Sequence record: OZ413487.1
Origin: a phage
Direction: 5' to 3' (one strand)
DNA length: 64,000 nt
A model generated the notes under the pieces. That model saw nothing but the letters and a program-made list of their open reading frames with translations. It was not told the origin of the DNA and searched no databases. Every line of letters begins with the position of its first letter. Positions within the stretch are counted from its first letter, which is position 1. Both the position numbers and the translations under genes were made by a program. This document shows positions 9,304-18,151 of this stretch, in pieces.

Positions 9304-9611
9304 TACTTGAAAATTCTTGGCATATCAAGTATAAGGGGGATTTCTAAAATGGATTTCCTCCTTTTGATATTTCACCGGGCCGGATATTTTAAAATTCTTA
9401 GAAAATCAGAAAATGGATCGAAAACTAAAATGGATTTTTCAGAGTAGGCGCGACAAGCTGAATAACTCATCCTATCGTTTGCACCATATTCCAGGCCACC
9501 ATTATAGATTTCCCACACATGCTAACCTCCCTCTACTAGAACTTCCTCCACTTACCCTTGACCTTCTATGGTAACAATCTAACCGCTATCTTGAAGTTGC
9601 TGTGCAGCTTT

Positions 9612-9760
9612 CCAGGTACTCGATCTACTTTTCATTTCAGGGCTTGGATTTTCTGAAAATTTTTCTCGATAAATTTCTCAGTACTCGATCTGTTTTTCGT
9701 TTTCTGAATCGGATTTTCTGGAAATCGTTCCGGCTCTCGACCTGAAATTTTTGGGGACGA
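9612..9760. repeat. degenerate tandem repeats (about 70-bp unit x2) in non-coding region
   Basis: gtactcgatct, ggattttctg and tttttcgttttc motifs recur in the same order; aaaatggattt recurs 4x across 9340-9790. Confidence 0.5.
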
Positions 9761-9941
9761 AATCGATTTTTCGTTTTCAGAAATGGATTTTTAAAATTTC
9801 TATATGGGAATATTTTATGGGATACTGTTTTATAGGAAATTGTTACGGAGGGTAATTAGCGTGCTAATTAAATTTATTAAATGCGAGGAGTTCTCATTTA
9901 GAATTTTGAATGATAATCATTCTCGTTTGCAGAATAACGGG

Positions 9942-9961
9942 CAGGCCCGGTGATTGTCTCC
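9942..9961. repeat. GC-rich 20-mer, left copy of an exact inverted repeat pair
   Basis: caggcccggtgattgtctcc; exact reverse complement at 17381-17400; degenerate direct copy near 10077-10100. Confidence 0.6.
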
Positions 9962-10319
9962 CGGCCCCTACTGCCCCGGCTTGTTATTATAGTATCACAC
10001 AGGACAAAGAAAGCAAGGATTTTTTGCATAAATTTTTAAATGATAATGATAACCGTTCTCATTTTATGCAGCGCCCATCCCCGGTGGTTGTCTCCCCCGT
10101 CACCGGTGCCTGCCGTCCTTTCGATAGGTATATCGTGCCACCTGGCGGGGCCGCTGTCAACACTTTTCAAAAAATTTTTCTAACCTGATGCGCTAACCGC
10201 TGCAACCTGGCGGGGTCAGCCTGGCAGGACCTAACTGACCGGGTAGGAGAGAATGAAGGCTTGTAAACCTGGTGGGCCTATGCTACAGGATAGGTAACAA
10301 TTGAAGAGGAGGTACAAAA

Positions 10320-10487
10320 ATGAAAGGTAATATGATCCCCCTAGAAAATGTAGCTATTAATGACGCTGAGGCTATCGCCCTGGTTGAAAAGGCTATGGCG
10401 GGAGCGTTGGAACATAAAGAAGAGTACGAAAAATGGTGGTTAACCTGGCGGGGGCGGCAGGTGGATTCTATCATAAAAATAATTTAA
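10320..10487 (+). CDS. hypothetical small protein
   Basis: 55-aa ORF below the track cutoff; ATG after GAGGAGG SD; translated by hand to TAA. Confidence 0.4.
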   Translation: MKGNMIPLENVAINDAEAIALVEKAMAGALEHKEEYEKWWLTWRGRQVDSIIKII

Positions 10488-10495
10488 AATAGTCG

Positions 10496-10523
10496 TTGAC
10501 AACAAGGTTAATCATGGTATTAT
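10496..10523 (+). promoter_or_regulatory. sigma70-like promoter
   Basis: TTGACA-N16-TATTAT with upstream aaaatagtcgttgaca motif also present at 1899-1912. Confidence 0.5.
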
Positions 10524-10573
10524 TACCCTACAAGGTGAACAACACCGCACTAACCAGTAAAGAGGATAAATTT

Positions 10574-10771
10574 ATGAACGCATACGGGATCAAAGTACGT
10601 CGCAACACTCGCCAGGTGGTCACCAATCAAGTGATTTGCCGGGTGGATGTAACCATCAACAACGGGCAAGGCCTTTATAAATTTCGTCGCGGTCATAGCT
10701 ATACCCTGCAACAGCTTAATCGTTGCGCCCTGACAAAAGGTCAGATCAACCATTGGTTTAATAAAAAATAA
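10574..10771 (+). CDS. hypothetical protein
   Basis: 65 aa; ATG 10574 after AAGAGGA SD; track start 10496 lies in the -35 box. Confidence 0.5.
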   Translation: MNAYGIKVRRNTRQVVTNQVICRVDVTINNGQGLYKFRRGHSYTLQQLNRCALTKGQINHWFNKK

Positions 10772-10835
10772 GTATTGACATACAGTCCGACACCAAATAC
10801 ACTAAAAGCACAAAAGACACTAAGAGGATAAAATC

Positions 10836-11234
10836 ATGAAAACCACTACCTTTAATTTTGATAATGCAGACTTTTCTTTTTCTGATGTCAAGAACTGCCG
10901 CCGTGATCGTGGATTTTACAAGGCTTATAATCTGGTGGGCCTGGACGATGACAATAATTTGCACGAAGTAGCTGAGATCCGGTATTATGCCGCCGCCAGC
11001 GGTAACACTAACTACTGCGTTTTTTGGATACACGACAACAAGAACAATAAGTACGGTTATACTGGTGGCAAGGCTAGCGGTCACGGTTATGATAAAGCCA
11101 ACGCTGCACTTGAAAGCGCATTAAATGCCATGGGAATCACTGCCGACGGCTGGATCTATGAAGAAGAGTTTTTGGCGGCACTTGCTGCCCACCTGGGCTA
11201 TAAAAAGCACATTGTAACATGCGCCCACGAATAA
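10836..11234 (+). CDS. hypothetical protein
   Basis: 132 aa; AAGAGGA SD; TTGACA at 10775. Confidence 0.55.
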   Translation: MKTTTFNFDNADFSFSDVKNCRRDRGFYKAYNLVGLDDDNNLHEVAEIRYYAAASGNTNYCVFWIHDNKNNKYGYTGGKASGHGYDKANAALESALNAMGITADGWIYEEEFLAALAAHLGYKKHIVTCAHE

Positions 11235-11321
11235 AAAAAAAATTATTGACACGCTGCAAAATTCAAGTAAACTAGGCACAAAAGGCGGGAATGTTTCCCG
11301 CCAACACGAAGGAAAAAGATC

Positions 11322-11717
11322 ATGAATAAAAACGTACGCCGCATCATGAACGAACTGGCAAACGATGAAAAAATTATTGATATGCATTTGGTCAACATTT
11401 GCCGCCGTTGTGTAACATATAACAACCGCGCCGCAAAAGCGCGTGAGATGAACGCAAAAGGCACCTTAAAGCCCTTTCAGGTGGTTGTAAAATCTATGAC
11501 CAGTGCAGCAGGCCAGGCGCATGACCACAACAACGGGAGCACTAATATTGATCCATCTTACGTAATGAAACGGATCCGGACTTGCAAGAATAAAGAGCAG
11601 GTGTATAACGTCATAGATTGGCTGGACTCCCTGGGTGACGTGGTTTACAATAGGTTTTCTGCAGCTATTGAAATTCAGTTAGACAGGTTGGACGGGAAAG
11701 TACTGAAAACTTACTGA
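11322..11717 (+). CDS. hypothetical protein
   Basis: 131 aa; GAAGGAAA SD; TTGACA at 11246. Confidence 0.55.
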   Translation: MNKNVRRIMNELANDEKIIDMHLVNICRRCVTYNNRAAKAREMNAKGTLKPFQVVVKSMTSAAGQAHDHNNGSTNIDPSYVMKRIRTCKNKEQVYNVIDWLDSLGDVVYNRFSAAIEIQLDRLDGKVLKTY

Positions 11718-11764
11718 GTTTATTTTTAGATGGCCTTGACTCCAGGGCCATCAATAAAGTAAAC
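11717..11764 (+). repeat. intergenic stem-loop element, copy 1
   Basis: tttttagatggccttgactccagggccatcaataaagtaaac; 7-bp stem gatggcc/ggccatc with 10-nt loop; contains TTGACT..TAAACT. Confidence 0.6.
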
Positions 11765-11994
11765 TAATCCCAGTTAAGCGAAAAAGGAGGCTTGAAGATG
11801 AGCACTACACGCCAGCACACAAAGGTAACTATTATCGTTTGCATCATTGGTTATATCCTGGCGCAAATGTTGATGGGTAGCGCTAACGGTGTCGCAAAAT
11901 TTTTCTTAAACTTTTAATTGACAAGCTAACTTAGATCAGTATACTAAACACATAAACGGGAAAACTTCCCAGAACACCAAAAGGAGAAAACATT

Positions 11995-12345
11995 ATGAAT
12001 ACTTCCATCACTATGACCGCCGAAGAAAAAGCCCTGCAGATCGCCGCTCTGAAAAAACAGATTGCAGAACTTGAAGACAAGATCGACAATTTTGAAATCG
12101 ACGAAGACAAATACGACGATAAATATGATGAATGGTTGGACGAGATCTACGGCGAAATTATGATCGGAAACATTTCTTTTCTTCCGTCGCGTATCCTCAA
12201 GGAGCTAGATCCTATCGCTTACCGCTGCGGATTTAGCGACTACATCGACAGCCTGGATATTGAGGACGATGAAGAATACCAGGAATTGCAGACAGAGCTT
12301 GAAGAAGTGAAAGAAGAGCTTGCAGAACTGGAAGAAAACGAGTAA
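11995..12345 (+). CDS. highly acidic small protein
   Basis: 116 aa; AAAGGAGA SD; promoter 11917-11944; D/E-rich with heptad-like segments. Confidence 0.6.
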   Translation: MNTSITMTAEEKALQIAALKKQIAELEDKIDNFEIDEDKYDDKYDEWLDEIYGEIMIGNISFLPSRILKELDPIAYRCGFSDYIDSLDIEDDEEYQELQTELEEVKEELAELEENE

Positions 12346-12392
12346 GATTATTTTTAGATGGCCTTGACTCCAGGGCCATCAATAAAGTAAAC
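12346..12392 (+). repeat. intergenic stem-loop element, copy 2
   Basis: Identical to copy 1 over the hairpin and flanks. Confidence 0.6.
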
Positions 12393-12434
12393 TTTATACT
12401 GTTAACACTGAACTAATGCATAGGAGTTAAAACC

Positions 12435-12680
12435 ATGGCAGCACTAATCACCAAATATTATGCCCCTACCAACACCAAAAGCGCCCGTATCATGGTAAAA
12501 GGCTTCGGACGTAAAAAGGTTTACACTTGGGATTATTCCCTAGACATGGAAGACAACTACACCAACGCGATGACCGATTTTATTAATGAACTAAATAAGC
12601 AGATCTTAACCAATTATAAGGTGACCGACATCGCCTATGTTGGGGAAGGTGGGATCTGTTTTGTCGGTATTGTCAAATAA
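12435..12680 (+). CDS. hypothetical protein
   Basis: 81 aa; TAGGAG SD. Confidence 0.55.
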   Translation: MAALITKYYAPTNTKSARIMVKGFGRKKVYTWDYSLDMEDNYTNAMTDFINELNKQILTNYKVTDIAYVGEGGICFVGIVK

Positions 12681-12755
12681 GCTGTTTTTTCGGTGGTCCT
12701 GGTGGCAGGGCCATCTATAAAGATAGTTTATTAACACCATGAAAGGAGAAAGTAC

Positions 12756-13109
12756 ATGATCAGCGGGGCTAGTTTTATTATTGGCGCTATTGCTACAGCT
12801 TTAATTGTAAACAAGATCCAGGATAAAAAGGAAAGAGGAAGTACCGCCCTTGCAGAATATCCATTTTGGACATTCAACGATAACGAAGATTATATTATAA
12901 AGTATAAAAATAAAGAAGGTGACCAAGTAACACCGCGACCGATCCCGGCTTACAAGATGCAGGAAACACTATACCGCTTGGAGGCAGGGGGCGCAAAAAT
13001 TGTGGACTTTTGGGGATACGATCACACAGATCAGGAAGTTATAAAGCGCCGTATCCGGGCTATTCAGGCCAATATTGAAGTTAGCAAGGGGGGAATATAT
13101 GAAGATTAA
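12756..13109 (+). CDS. hypothetical protein (N-terminal hydrophobic helix)
   Basis: 117 aa; AAAGGAGA SD. Confidence 0.55.
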   Translation: MISGASFIIGAIATALIVNKIQDKKERGSTALAEYPFWTFNDNEDYIIKYKNKEGDQVTPRPIPAYKMQETLYRLEAGGAKIVDFWGYDHTDQEVIKRRIRAIQANIEVSKGGIYED

Positions 13110-13296
13110 TTTTGAGAAAATTGTAAAGCGATCTCATGATTCCGAAGAGCTGCCGGAACGCCGCCAGCGTAACAATAAACTGAATAAGCCAAAAAGATTT
13201 GGGAAGATCTGGCGGAATCATTATGATCGTAAATTGCCGGGCCTCCTTTTGGAACGTGAACGGCAGGCGGAACGATACCGCCACAAAGGCAACTAA
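13099..13296 (+). CDS. small basic protein
   Basis: 65 aa, R/K-rich; ATG 13099 after GGGGGG SD. Confidence 0.4.
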   Translation: MKINFEKIVKRSHDSEELPERRQRNNKLNKPKRFGKIWRNHYDRKLPGLLLERERQAERYRHKGN

Positions 13297-13303
13297 CAAC
13301 CAA

Positions 13304-13331
13304 CGCCCCGCCATCGTGCGGGGCTTTTTAT
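13304..13331 (+). terminator. rho-independent terminator
   Basis: cgccccgc-catcgt-gcggggc hairpin followed by TTTTTATTT. Confidence 0.6.
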
Positions 13332-13454
13332 TTCTACCCTACGAATAGCGCCCCTGGTTGGCCCCACAACGCCCTAAAAGCCCCCTACCCATGCAATCCC
13401 ATTTCTTAACCTGAAAACATCGTCAAAGGCTGTTTTAAAGCGTTAAAAATATTG

Positions 13455-13482
13455 TTGACATCTAAAATATTCTAGATATACT
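13455..13482 (+). promoter_or_regulatory. sigma70-like promoter
   Basis: TTGACA-N16-TATACT. Confidence 0.5.
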
Positions 13483-13517
13483 AATCACATCAAAGCGAGA
13501 AGTAAGGAGTAAACGCC

Positions 13518-13778
13518 ATGCGTAAATTAAAAAATTTTGATAAAGTTGATATTGTCCTGAATAATTTTTACTACTGCAATAACAAGGCCGTTTGGTGGCG
13601 TGATAGTTCCACCGATAAAGTCAAGGCGCGCTTTCTCCAGGGGCACTGGCAAGGCCGCCCAGTGATTAAAATCATGGGGCAATTGGTAGCGTTTAAAAAT
13701 TGCCGCCGTGTTGATGACGTTGAAGAGATTTTAAACATTTTGCGCCACAATAATTTAAAAAATAGTGTTGACAAGTAA
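13518..13778 (+). CDS. hypothetical protein
   Basis: 86 aa; AAGGAG SD. Confidence 0.55.
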   Translation: MRKLKNFDKVDIVLNNFYYCNNKAVWWRDSSTDKVKARFLQGHWQGRPVIKIMGQLVAFKNCRRVDDVEEILNILRHNNLKNSVDK

Positions 13779-13795
13779 ATCTCAATAAGTATAAT
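13768..13795 (+). promoter_or_regulatory. sigma70-like promoter
   Basis: TTGACA-N16-TATAAT preceded by aaaatagtgttgaca. Confidence 0.55.
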
Positions 13796-13852
13796 TAAAA
13801 ACACAGGCGGGAAAACTTCCCGCCACTAACAAAGAAAACAGGAGAAAATATC

Positions 13853-14476
13853 ATGACCACCGTTAACATTACCACAGGTTACAATTTATCTTTCGACGTG
13901 CTGACCGACGAACAAAAAGAAAAAGCCGTGGAAATGGTCCGCGAAAGAGAAGAACACAGCGGGGATAACTTTTTTGCAGAAAGTGTAATTGAGTACTATA
14001 AAGAATATGTTTTTCCAGAGTACGGCCTTGAAGATACCGATGTACATTGGTCAGGCTTTTGGTGCCAGGGTGACGGCGCGTCAATCAGTGCGGAAAACGT
14101 GGATTTAGAAAAATTCTTGCGTAAAGTCAAGTCTCTGACTAAATTCCGCTCAATTCGTCACTTGTTCGGCACAATGCACGATGGCGAGTTATCCGCAAGT
14201 GTTGAGCGTGATCCATATAGCCGCTATAGTCACGAAAACACTGTAAACGGATACATCGATACTACATGGCTAGACCTGACCACCAAACAAGAAAACAAAG
14301 TGGAAGATCTGGAAGAGCTGATCACCGAGACGGTACGGGAGTTATCCCGCAAGGTTTACGTAGACCTGGAGGAGGCCTATCTTGAACAATTCACCGCCGA
14401 AAACTTGATCGGCCTTATCGAGGCCAATGATTGGCGGTTTGATGTCGATGAACACGGTAAGATGACTTTTTCATAA
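13853..14476 (+). CDS. hypothetical protein
   Basis: 207 aa, largest ORF of the module; CAGGAGA SD. Confidence 0.6.
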   Translation: MTTVNITTGYNLSFDVLTDEQKEKAVEMVREREEHSGDNFFAESVIEYYKEYVFPEYGLEDTDVHWSGFWCQGDGASISAENVDLEKFLRKVKSLTKFRSIRHLFGTMHDGELSASVERDPYSRYSHENTVNGYIDTTWLDLTTKQENKVEDLEELITETVRELSRKVYVDLEEAYLEQFTAENLIGLIEANDWRFDVDEHGKMTFS

Positions 14477-14564
14477 ATAAAGTGTTGCAATAACCTAAAA
14501 ACCTGCTATATTAAAACTCAAGGGGCAAGACGTTTGCCCCACACAAAACAAAGAGGTAAACATT

Positions 14565-14945
14565 ATGAAAAACACTACTAAAGCTATTGACACCGTTATG
14601 TTTAACCTGGTTACATTCCGTGAAGATATGAAAGATCTTCCACGTGAAACAGTGTGCGATCACATTGAAAACTATCGCAAACTAATCAAAGAGTTGCCTT
14701 TAAAACGTGACCAGTATGCGGCTAACGCTATGCTTAACGCCATGATCAAAAAGATGATTCAGTGTGATTTAACTCTGGCCTATGATTATGCAGGTGGTCG
14801 TTTTGCAGTATACAATCAGCCCGTGCCTGGTATGAGCACCACCGAAGAATTGCACGCGTTAAATCTGAAACAAGATGTATGGGATAACATGCCCCGCGTG
14901 GTGGTGTGGGCAGAAAGCGGAAAGATTTACGGCGATAATTTTTAA
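14565..14945 (+). CDS. hypothetical protein
   Basis: 126 aa; AAGAGG SD; TTGCAA..TATATT promoter-like at 14485. Confidence 0.55.
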   Translation: MKNTTKAIDTVMFNLVTFREDMKDLPRETVCDHIENYRKLIKELPLKRDQYAANAMLNAMIKKMIQCDLTLAYDYAGGRFAVYNQPVPGMSTTEELHALNLKQDVWDNMPRVVVWAESGKIYGDNF

Positions 14946-15009
14946 TCAGGTAACAGGCGGCATATTTGCCGCCTTATTGTTAAACAGAACTGCAAAAGAG
15001 GTACATAGA

Positions 15010-15381
15010 ATGGAATTTATTATTTTGGCTGTAGTAGTTGCCTTGTTCAACGCCTGGATCGCTGGCAAGATAGGTAGATCCGCTTTTCTATGGTTTGTTA
15101 TATCTATTTTCCTGGGAGTGGTTGCAACTATTGTATTGGTTATCCTTGCAATTGTTGACAAGGGCGATAATAGAAAGGGTAAAGTGTTTTCCGACCTGTA
15201 TGACGCACAAACGTTTGTCAACGCCTATTATAGTGATCTTCCAGTCTCCCTACGCTGCAGCCTGGCACAACAGGTTTTTGATGAGGCTAAAACCAGAGAC
15301 CAAGCCCATGAGATATGTTTAACTGAAGCGGATCGCCTATTTGAGAGGAATAGAAAATATGTGGACCAGCCGTTTAAATAA
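15010..15381 (+). CDS. membrane protein (two TM helices)
   Basis: ATG 15010 after AAGAGG SD (track 14875); hydrophobic stretches. Confidence 0.5.
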   Translation: MEFIILAVVVALFNAWIAGKIGRSAFLWFVISIFLGVVATIVLVILAIVDKGDNRKGKVFSDLYDAQTFVNAYYSDLPVSLRCSLAQQVFDEAKTRDQAHEICLTEADRLFERNRKYVDQPFK

Positions 15382-15580
15382 CGCCACGTTAATTAATCCC
15401 TTTAGTGAAGATTTGAAGCCAGCCGCCTGGCGTGACGGATTCAATAACGAACGCTTTATTTTCAGGCCTGATCTTGAGGAATTTTATAACAATGGATCGA
15501 ACAACAGCGGAGATAATTTTTCTTGTGGTGTGCGTGGTGATAGGACTCCTGGGGGCCATTGTAAACCACGTCACTACTAA
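15359..15580 (+). CDS. hypothetical protein (doubtful)
   Basis: GAGAGGAA SD but N/G-rich low-complexity product; competing TM micro-ORF in another frame (15492..15617). Confidence 0.25.
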   Translation: MWTSRLNNATLINPFSEDLKPAAWRDGFNNERFIFRPDLEEFYNNGSNNSGDNFSCGVRGDRTPGGHCKPRHY

Positions 15581-15600
15581 CAGGAGGGAAGGGGGAGACG

Positions 15601-15720
15601 ATGACAACCAAAGATAAGCCATGCGCTGATAAGGTGCGCCGTGTTATGGTATGGCTTGAGATTATCGCCCTTGAAATATTGTTAGGCGTAGGGATGTACT
15701 TTATCGCTGTAAGTAACTAA
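15601..15720 (+). CDS. 39-aa hydrophobic peptide
   Basis: Below track cutoff; ATG after GGGGGAG SD; single TM-like segment; followed by terminator. Confidence 0.35.
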   Translation: MTTKDKPCADKVRRVMVWLEIIALEILLGVGMYFIAVSN

Positions 15721-15723
15721 GAG

Positions 15724-15752
15724 CGGCCCCCGATCATGGGGGCCTATCTTTT
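15724..15752 (+). terminator. rho-independent terminator
   Basis: ggccccc-gatcat-gggggcc hairpin then TATCTTTT. Confidence 0.6.
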
Positions 15753-15858
15753 AAAAAATTTTTCTTCCGGGGTGTTGCAATCCGGTCCGGAATGTGGATA
15801 ATAACAATCAACGGGGAGCTAATCCCCACCACCACAAAAACCAGAAAGGAGAAACAAA

Positions 15859-16059
15859 ATGAGCAACAATATCCGCGTTATTAACTTCAAAAAAGAAGAA
15901 AAAATTGCCGTGCTGATTGACGGTCAAGAAATCTTCAAGGGCGACTATGAAGATCATCAAACGGCGATTAGTATCACTCGCGTGATTGGTTATCATAATT
16001 TCTACCCCCAAGGCGCTGAGGCAGCAGTTAAACGAATCAAAGAGATTGTAGGCCTGTAA
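15859..16059 (+). CDS. hypothetical protein
   Basis: 66 aa; AAAGGAGA SD. Confidence 0.55.
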   Translation: MSNNIRVINFKKEEKIAVLIDGQEIFKGDYEDHQTAISITRVIGYHNFYPQGAEAAVKRIKEIVGL

Positions 16060-16060
16060 A

Positions 16061-16108
16061 ATTTATTTTTAGATGGCCTTGACTTCAGGGCCATCGATAA
16101 AGTAAATT
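16061..16108 (+). repeat. intergenic stem-loop element, copy 3
   Basis: Same 7-bp stem gatggcc/ggccatc; one loop and one flank substitution (compensation-free stem conservation). Confidence 0.55.
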
Positions 16109-16152
16109 TAAACCCTGTTAAAATACCACGCAGTTAACAAGGAGTGATAGAC

Positions 16153-16452
16153 ATGTTTATCCAGGCTAATAATCTTTATTTCTTTGATGGTCAGATCGTA
16201 GATGGTGTGGAAGTGGAGATCACCGGGTGCCCTGGCGGTCAGGCTATGACTTTTCGGAATAATGCCTTTGATGATTCTCATATCGTTATAAGAATGGAAG
16301 TTACGAAGCTGGACGACAAGAAAACACTTATTGACTATTCTGTGAAAGATCATCCAGACTACCGCATGATCCATGGTGATTTGTGCATTGTTGACCGTGA
16401 CAAGGTGGGCGGCATTGTGATCGCTATTGTGAACGATGTTTTCTCAAACTAA
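16153..16452 (+). CDS. hypothetical protein
   Basis: ATG 16153 after AAGGAG SD (track 16144 GTG). Confidence 0.5.
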   Translation: MFIQANNLYFFDGQIVDGVEVEITGCPGGQAMTFRNNAFDDSHIVIRMEVTKLDDKKTLIDYSVKDHPDYRMIHGDLCIVDRDKVGGIVIAIVNDVFSN

Positions 16453-16469
16453 TTTCAGCAGGCGATTTT

Positions 16470-16820
16470 ATGAAAGTCAAACTATATTACCTTAATGAGC
16501 TTAACCCCCTTGCCCAGGTCCGCGCCCTAGCTAATACCTTGATTTGTGAGAAATCTGTATATTGTGTTGAGCTTAACGCCATGCGTGAACGTCTCAAAGG
16601 TGGTTACTTTGACATCCATGCTGCAATCAACGGCCTGAATATGGAATTTATACGCTTACGTAACAGCCGCCGGAATCTGGCAAGAATGGAACAAGATCCG
16701 GCCCACCTTCGTAAACTGGTTATTGAAAATCATCTGATGTTTAATGCCGAGGGGGATTATTACCATTTTCACCGCAAACGCTGGTACCGTGGCGGCAATA
16801 CAGGCAAGAATGCAAAATAA
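16470..16820 (+). CDS. hypothetical protein
   Basis: 116 aa; weak SD. Confidence 0.5.
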   Translation: MKVKLYYLNELNPLAQVRALANTLICEKSVYCVELNAMRERLKGGYFDIHAAINGLNMEFIRLRNSRRNLARMEQDPAHLRKLVIENHLMFNAEGDYYHFHRKRWYRGGNTGKNAK

Positions 16821-16856
16821 GGCCCCTAGCAGGGCCTGCAGCAATATAATCACATA

Positions 16857-16889
16857 AAGGCCATGCGGTTGCATGGCCTTTATTATTTT
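16857..16889 (+). terminator. rho-independent terminator
   Basis: aaggccatgc-ggtt-gcatggcctt hairpin then TATTATTTT. Confidence 0.65.
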
Positions 16890-17380
16890 GGCGTTACAAC
16901 GGCATACGGGGCGCTTAAAAAATTTTTAAAGAAGTACTTGCATCATTCCCGACAATATGGATAATAAGAGTTGTCGAGGGGGAGGCCCCCAATCGTTGAC
17001 CAGATAGATAGGAGTTAAAATCATGGCTATTGTTACCGCTGGCTATCTTCAAAGATGCGGAAGCAAAACAACGCCGGATCTCAATACATGAGATCATCAA
17101 CCTTAACGCTGGAGGCACACCATACCGCCCAGGACCTGGCCGTGAGATGGACAATACGCTAGCGATCCTGAAGATACGCCGTAAACGGTCCTCCCTTACT
17201 CTGGACTCATTACACACAATGCAGCCTCCGTTCCAGGTGACCGGGAAACGGATCGCCAGGTCCTGGACAAAGGCCAATGATCGGACCGTATAAATAAAAG
17301 TGTTTTGGTACTGATTTTGGGGTTGACTTGTTCGGCCCCTTTTGCTATTCTTATTAAACGGGCGGCACTTGGGAACAGGG

Positions 17381-17400
17381 GGAGACAATCACCGGGCCTG
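17381..17400. repeat. GC-rich 20-mer, right copy of the exact inverted repeat pair
   Basis: ggagacaatcaccgggcctg is the exact reverse complement of 9942-9961. Confidence 0.6.
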
Positions 17401-17510
17401 CCTGTCATATAAGAACTATAAAAACCGTTGACATCTGCCATGGGGTGGGGTAACATTTATCTTGAAGGGGCAAAAGTGCCCACACAACAACCAAGAGAGA
17501 GGAAAACACT

Positions 17511-17783
17511 ATGTCAAACTGGATTAATCAAGAAGTCGAATCACGTTTTAATGCTATTTGGGATCTCATCGAAAAAGAAGACGGCACATCAAGCCCCTAC
17601 CTCAACAATTTGGAATTCCATTTTGTGGAAGCGATGAACGCAGAACATGATCACGAAGGTGGCGCGGATGAGTTCGCTAAAGGTTATGGCTTTAACAATG
17701 CCAACGAAATGATCGAGGCGGTAGTACTCCAGGCTGAGGAAGATTATCAACTAAAAACGCTTGAATTCTGCCGCCGCAAGTAA
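17511..17783 (+). CDS. hypothetical protein
   Basis: 90 aa; AGAGAGGAA SD; TTGACA at 17428. Confidence 0.55.
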   Translation: MSNWINQEVESRFNAIWDLIEKEDGTSSPYLNNLEFHFVEAMNAEHDHEGGADEFAKGYGFNNANEMIEAVVLQAEEDYQLKTLEFCRRK

Positions 17784-17843
17784 TAAGATAATGACACGGG
17801 CCAAAAGGCCCACTAATCAGAACCGCACAAAGAGGTAAACATC

Positions 17844-18107
17844 ATGAAACGTCTTGATCAGCTCAAATTAGTTCAATATATGGCTTATCGTGTTCTTGAA
17901 GTCCAGAAAGGTAGCAAAAAAGAGGTTTGCGAGAAAGCTTATAAGATCTTCACTCGCAAAAAAGATGACTGGATGCTACGCCAGACTAAAAAGGCTGACA
18001 TCTTGGGGTACCTGGAAGAAGAGATCCGCCTTGAAGAGCAAGAAGAGATCCGCCGTAGTGAGGCAGATTATCAGGCAGCTTGGGAAAACTGGATGAGCAA
18101 CAAATAA
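17844..18107 (+). CDS. hypothetical protein
   Basis: 87 aa; AAGAGG SD; K/E-rich. Confidence 0.55.
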   Translation: MKRLDQLKLVQYMAYRVLEVQKGSKKEVCEKAYKIFTRKKDDWMLRQTKKADILGYLEEEIRLEEQEEIRRSEADYQAAWENWMSNK

Positions 18108-18126
18108 TACAACAAGGTGCACGGTC

Positions 18127-18151
18127 AGGGGCTTAAAGCCCCTTTCTTTTT
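18127..18151 (+). terminator. rho-independent terminator
   Basis: aggggc-ttaa-agcccct hairpin then TTCTTTTT. Confidence 0.65.

Noticed and set aside
9910-10188. ORF 9910-10188 (+) and ORF 17196-17456 (-) sharing the peptide TGRPGDCLP
   Set aside because: The shared peptide is produced by the GC-rich inverted repeat (9942 / 17381), not by homology; both frames lack SD and have odd composition.
11798-11827. Apparent ORF starting at ATG 11798 after an AAAAAGGAGG SD
   Set aside because: Hand translation hits a TAA after 9 codons; no longer frame with a start exists between the stem-loop element and promoter 11917.
16915-17388. 157-aa minus-strand ORF antisense to the 17023 region
   Set aside because: Pro/Arg/Ser-rich low-complexity product, no SD, sits in a + strand transcription unit.
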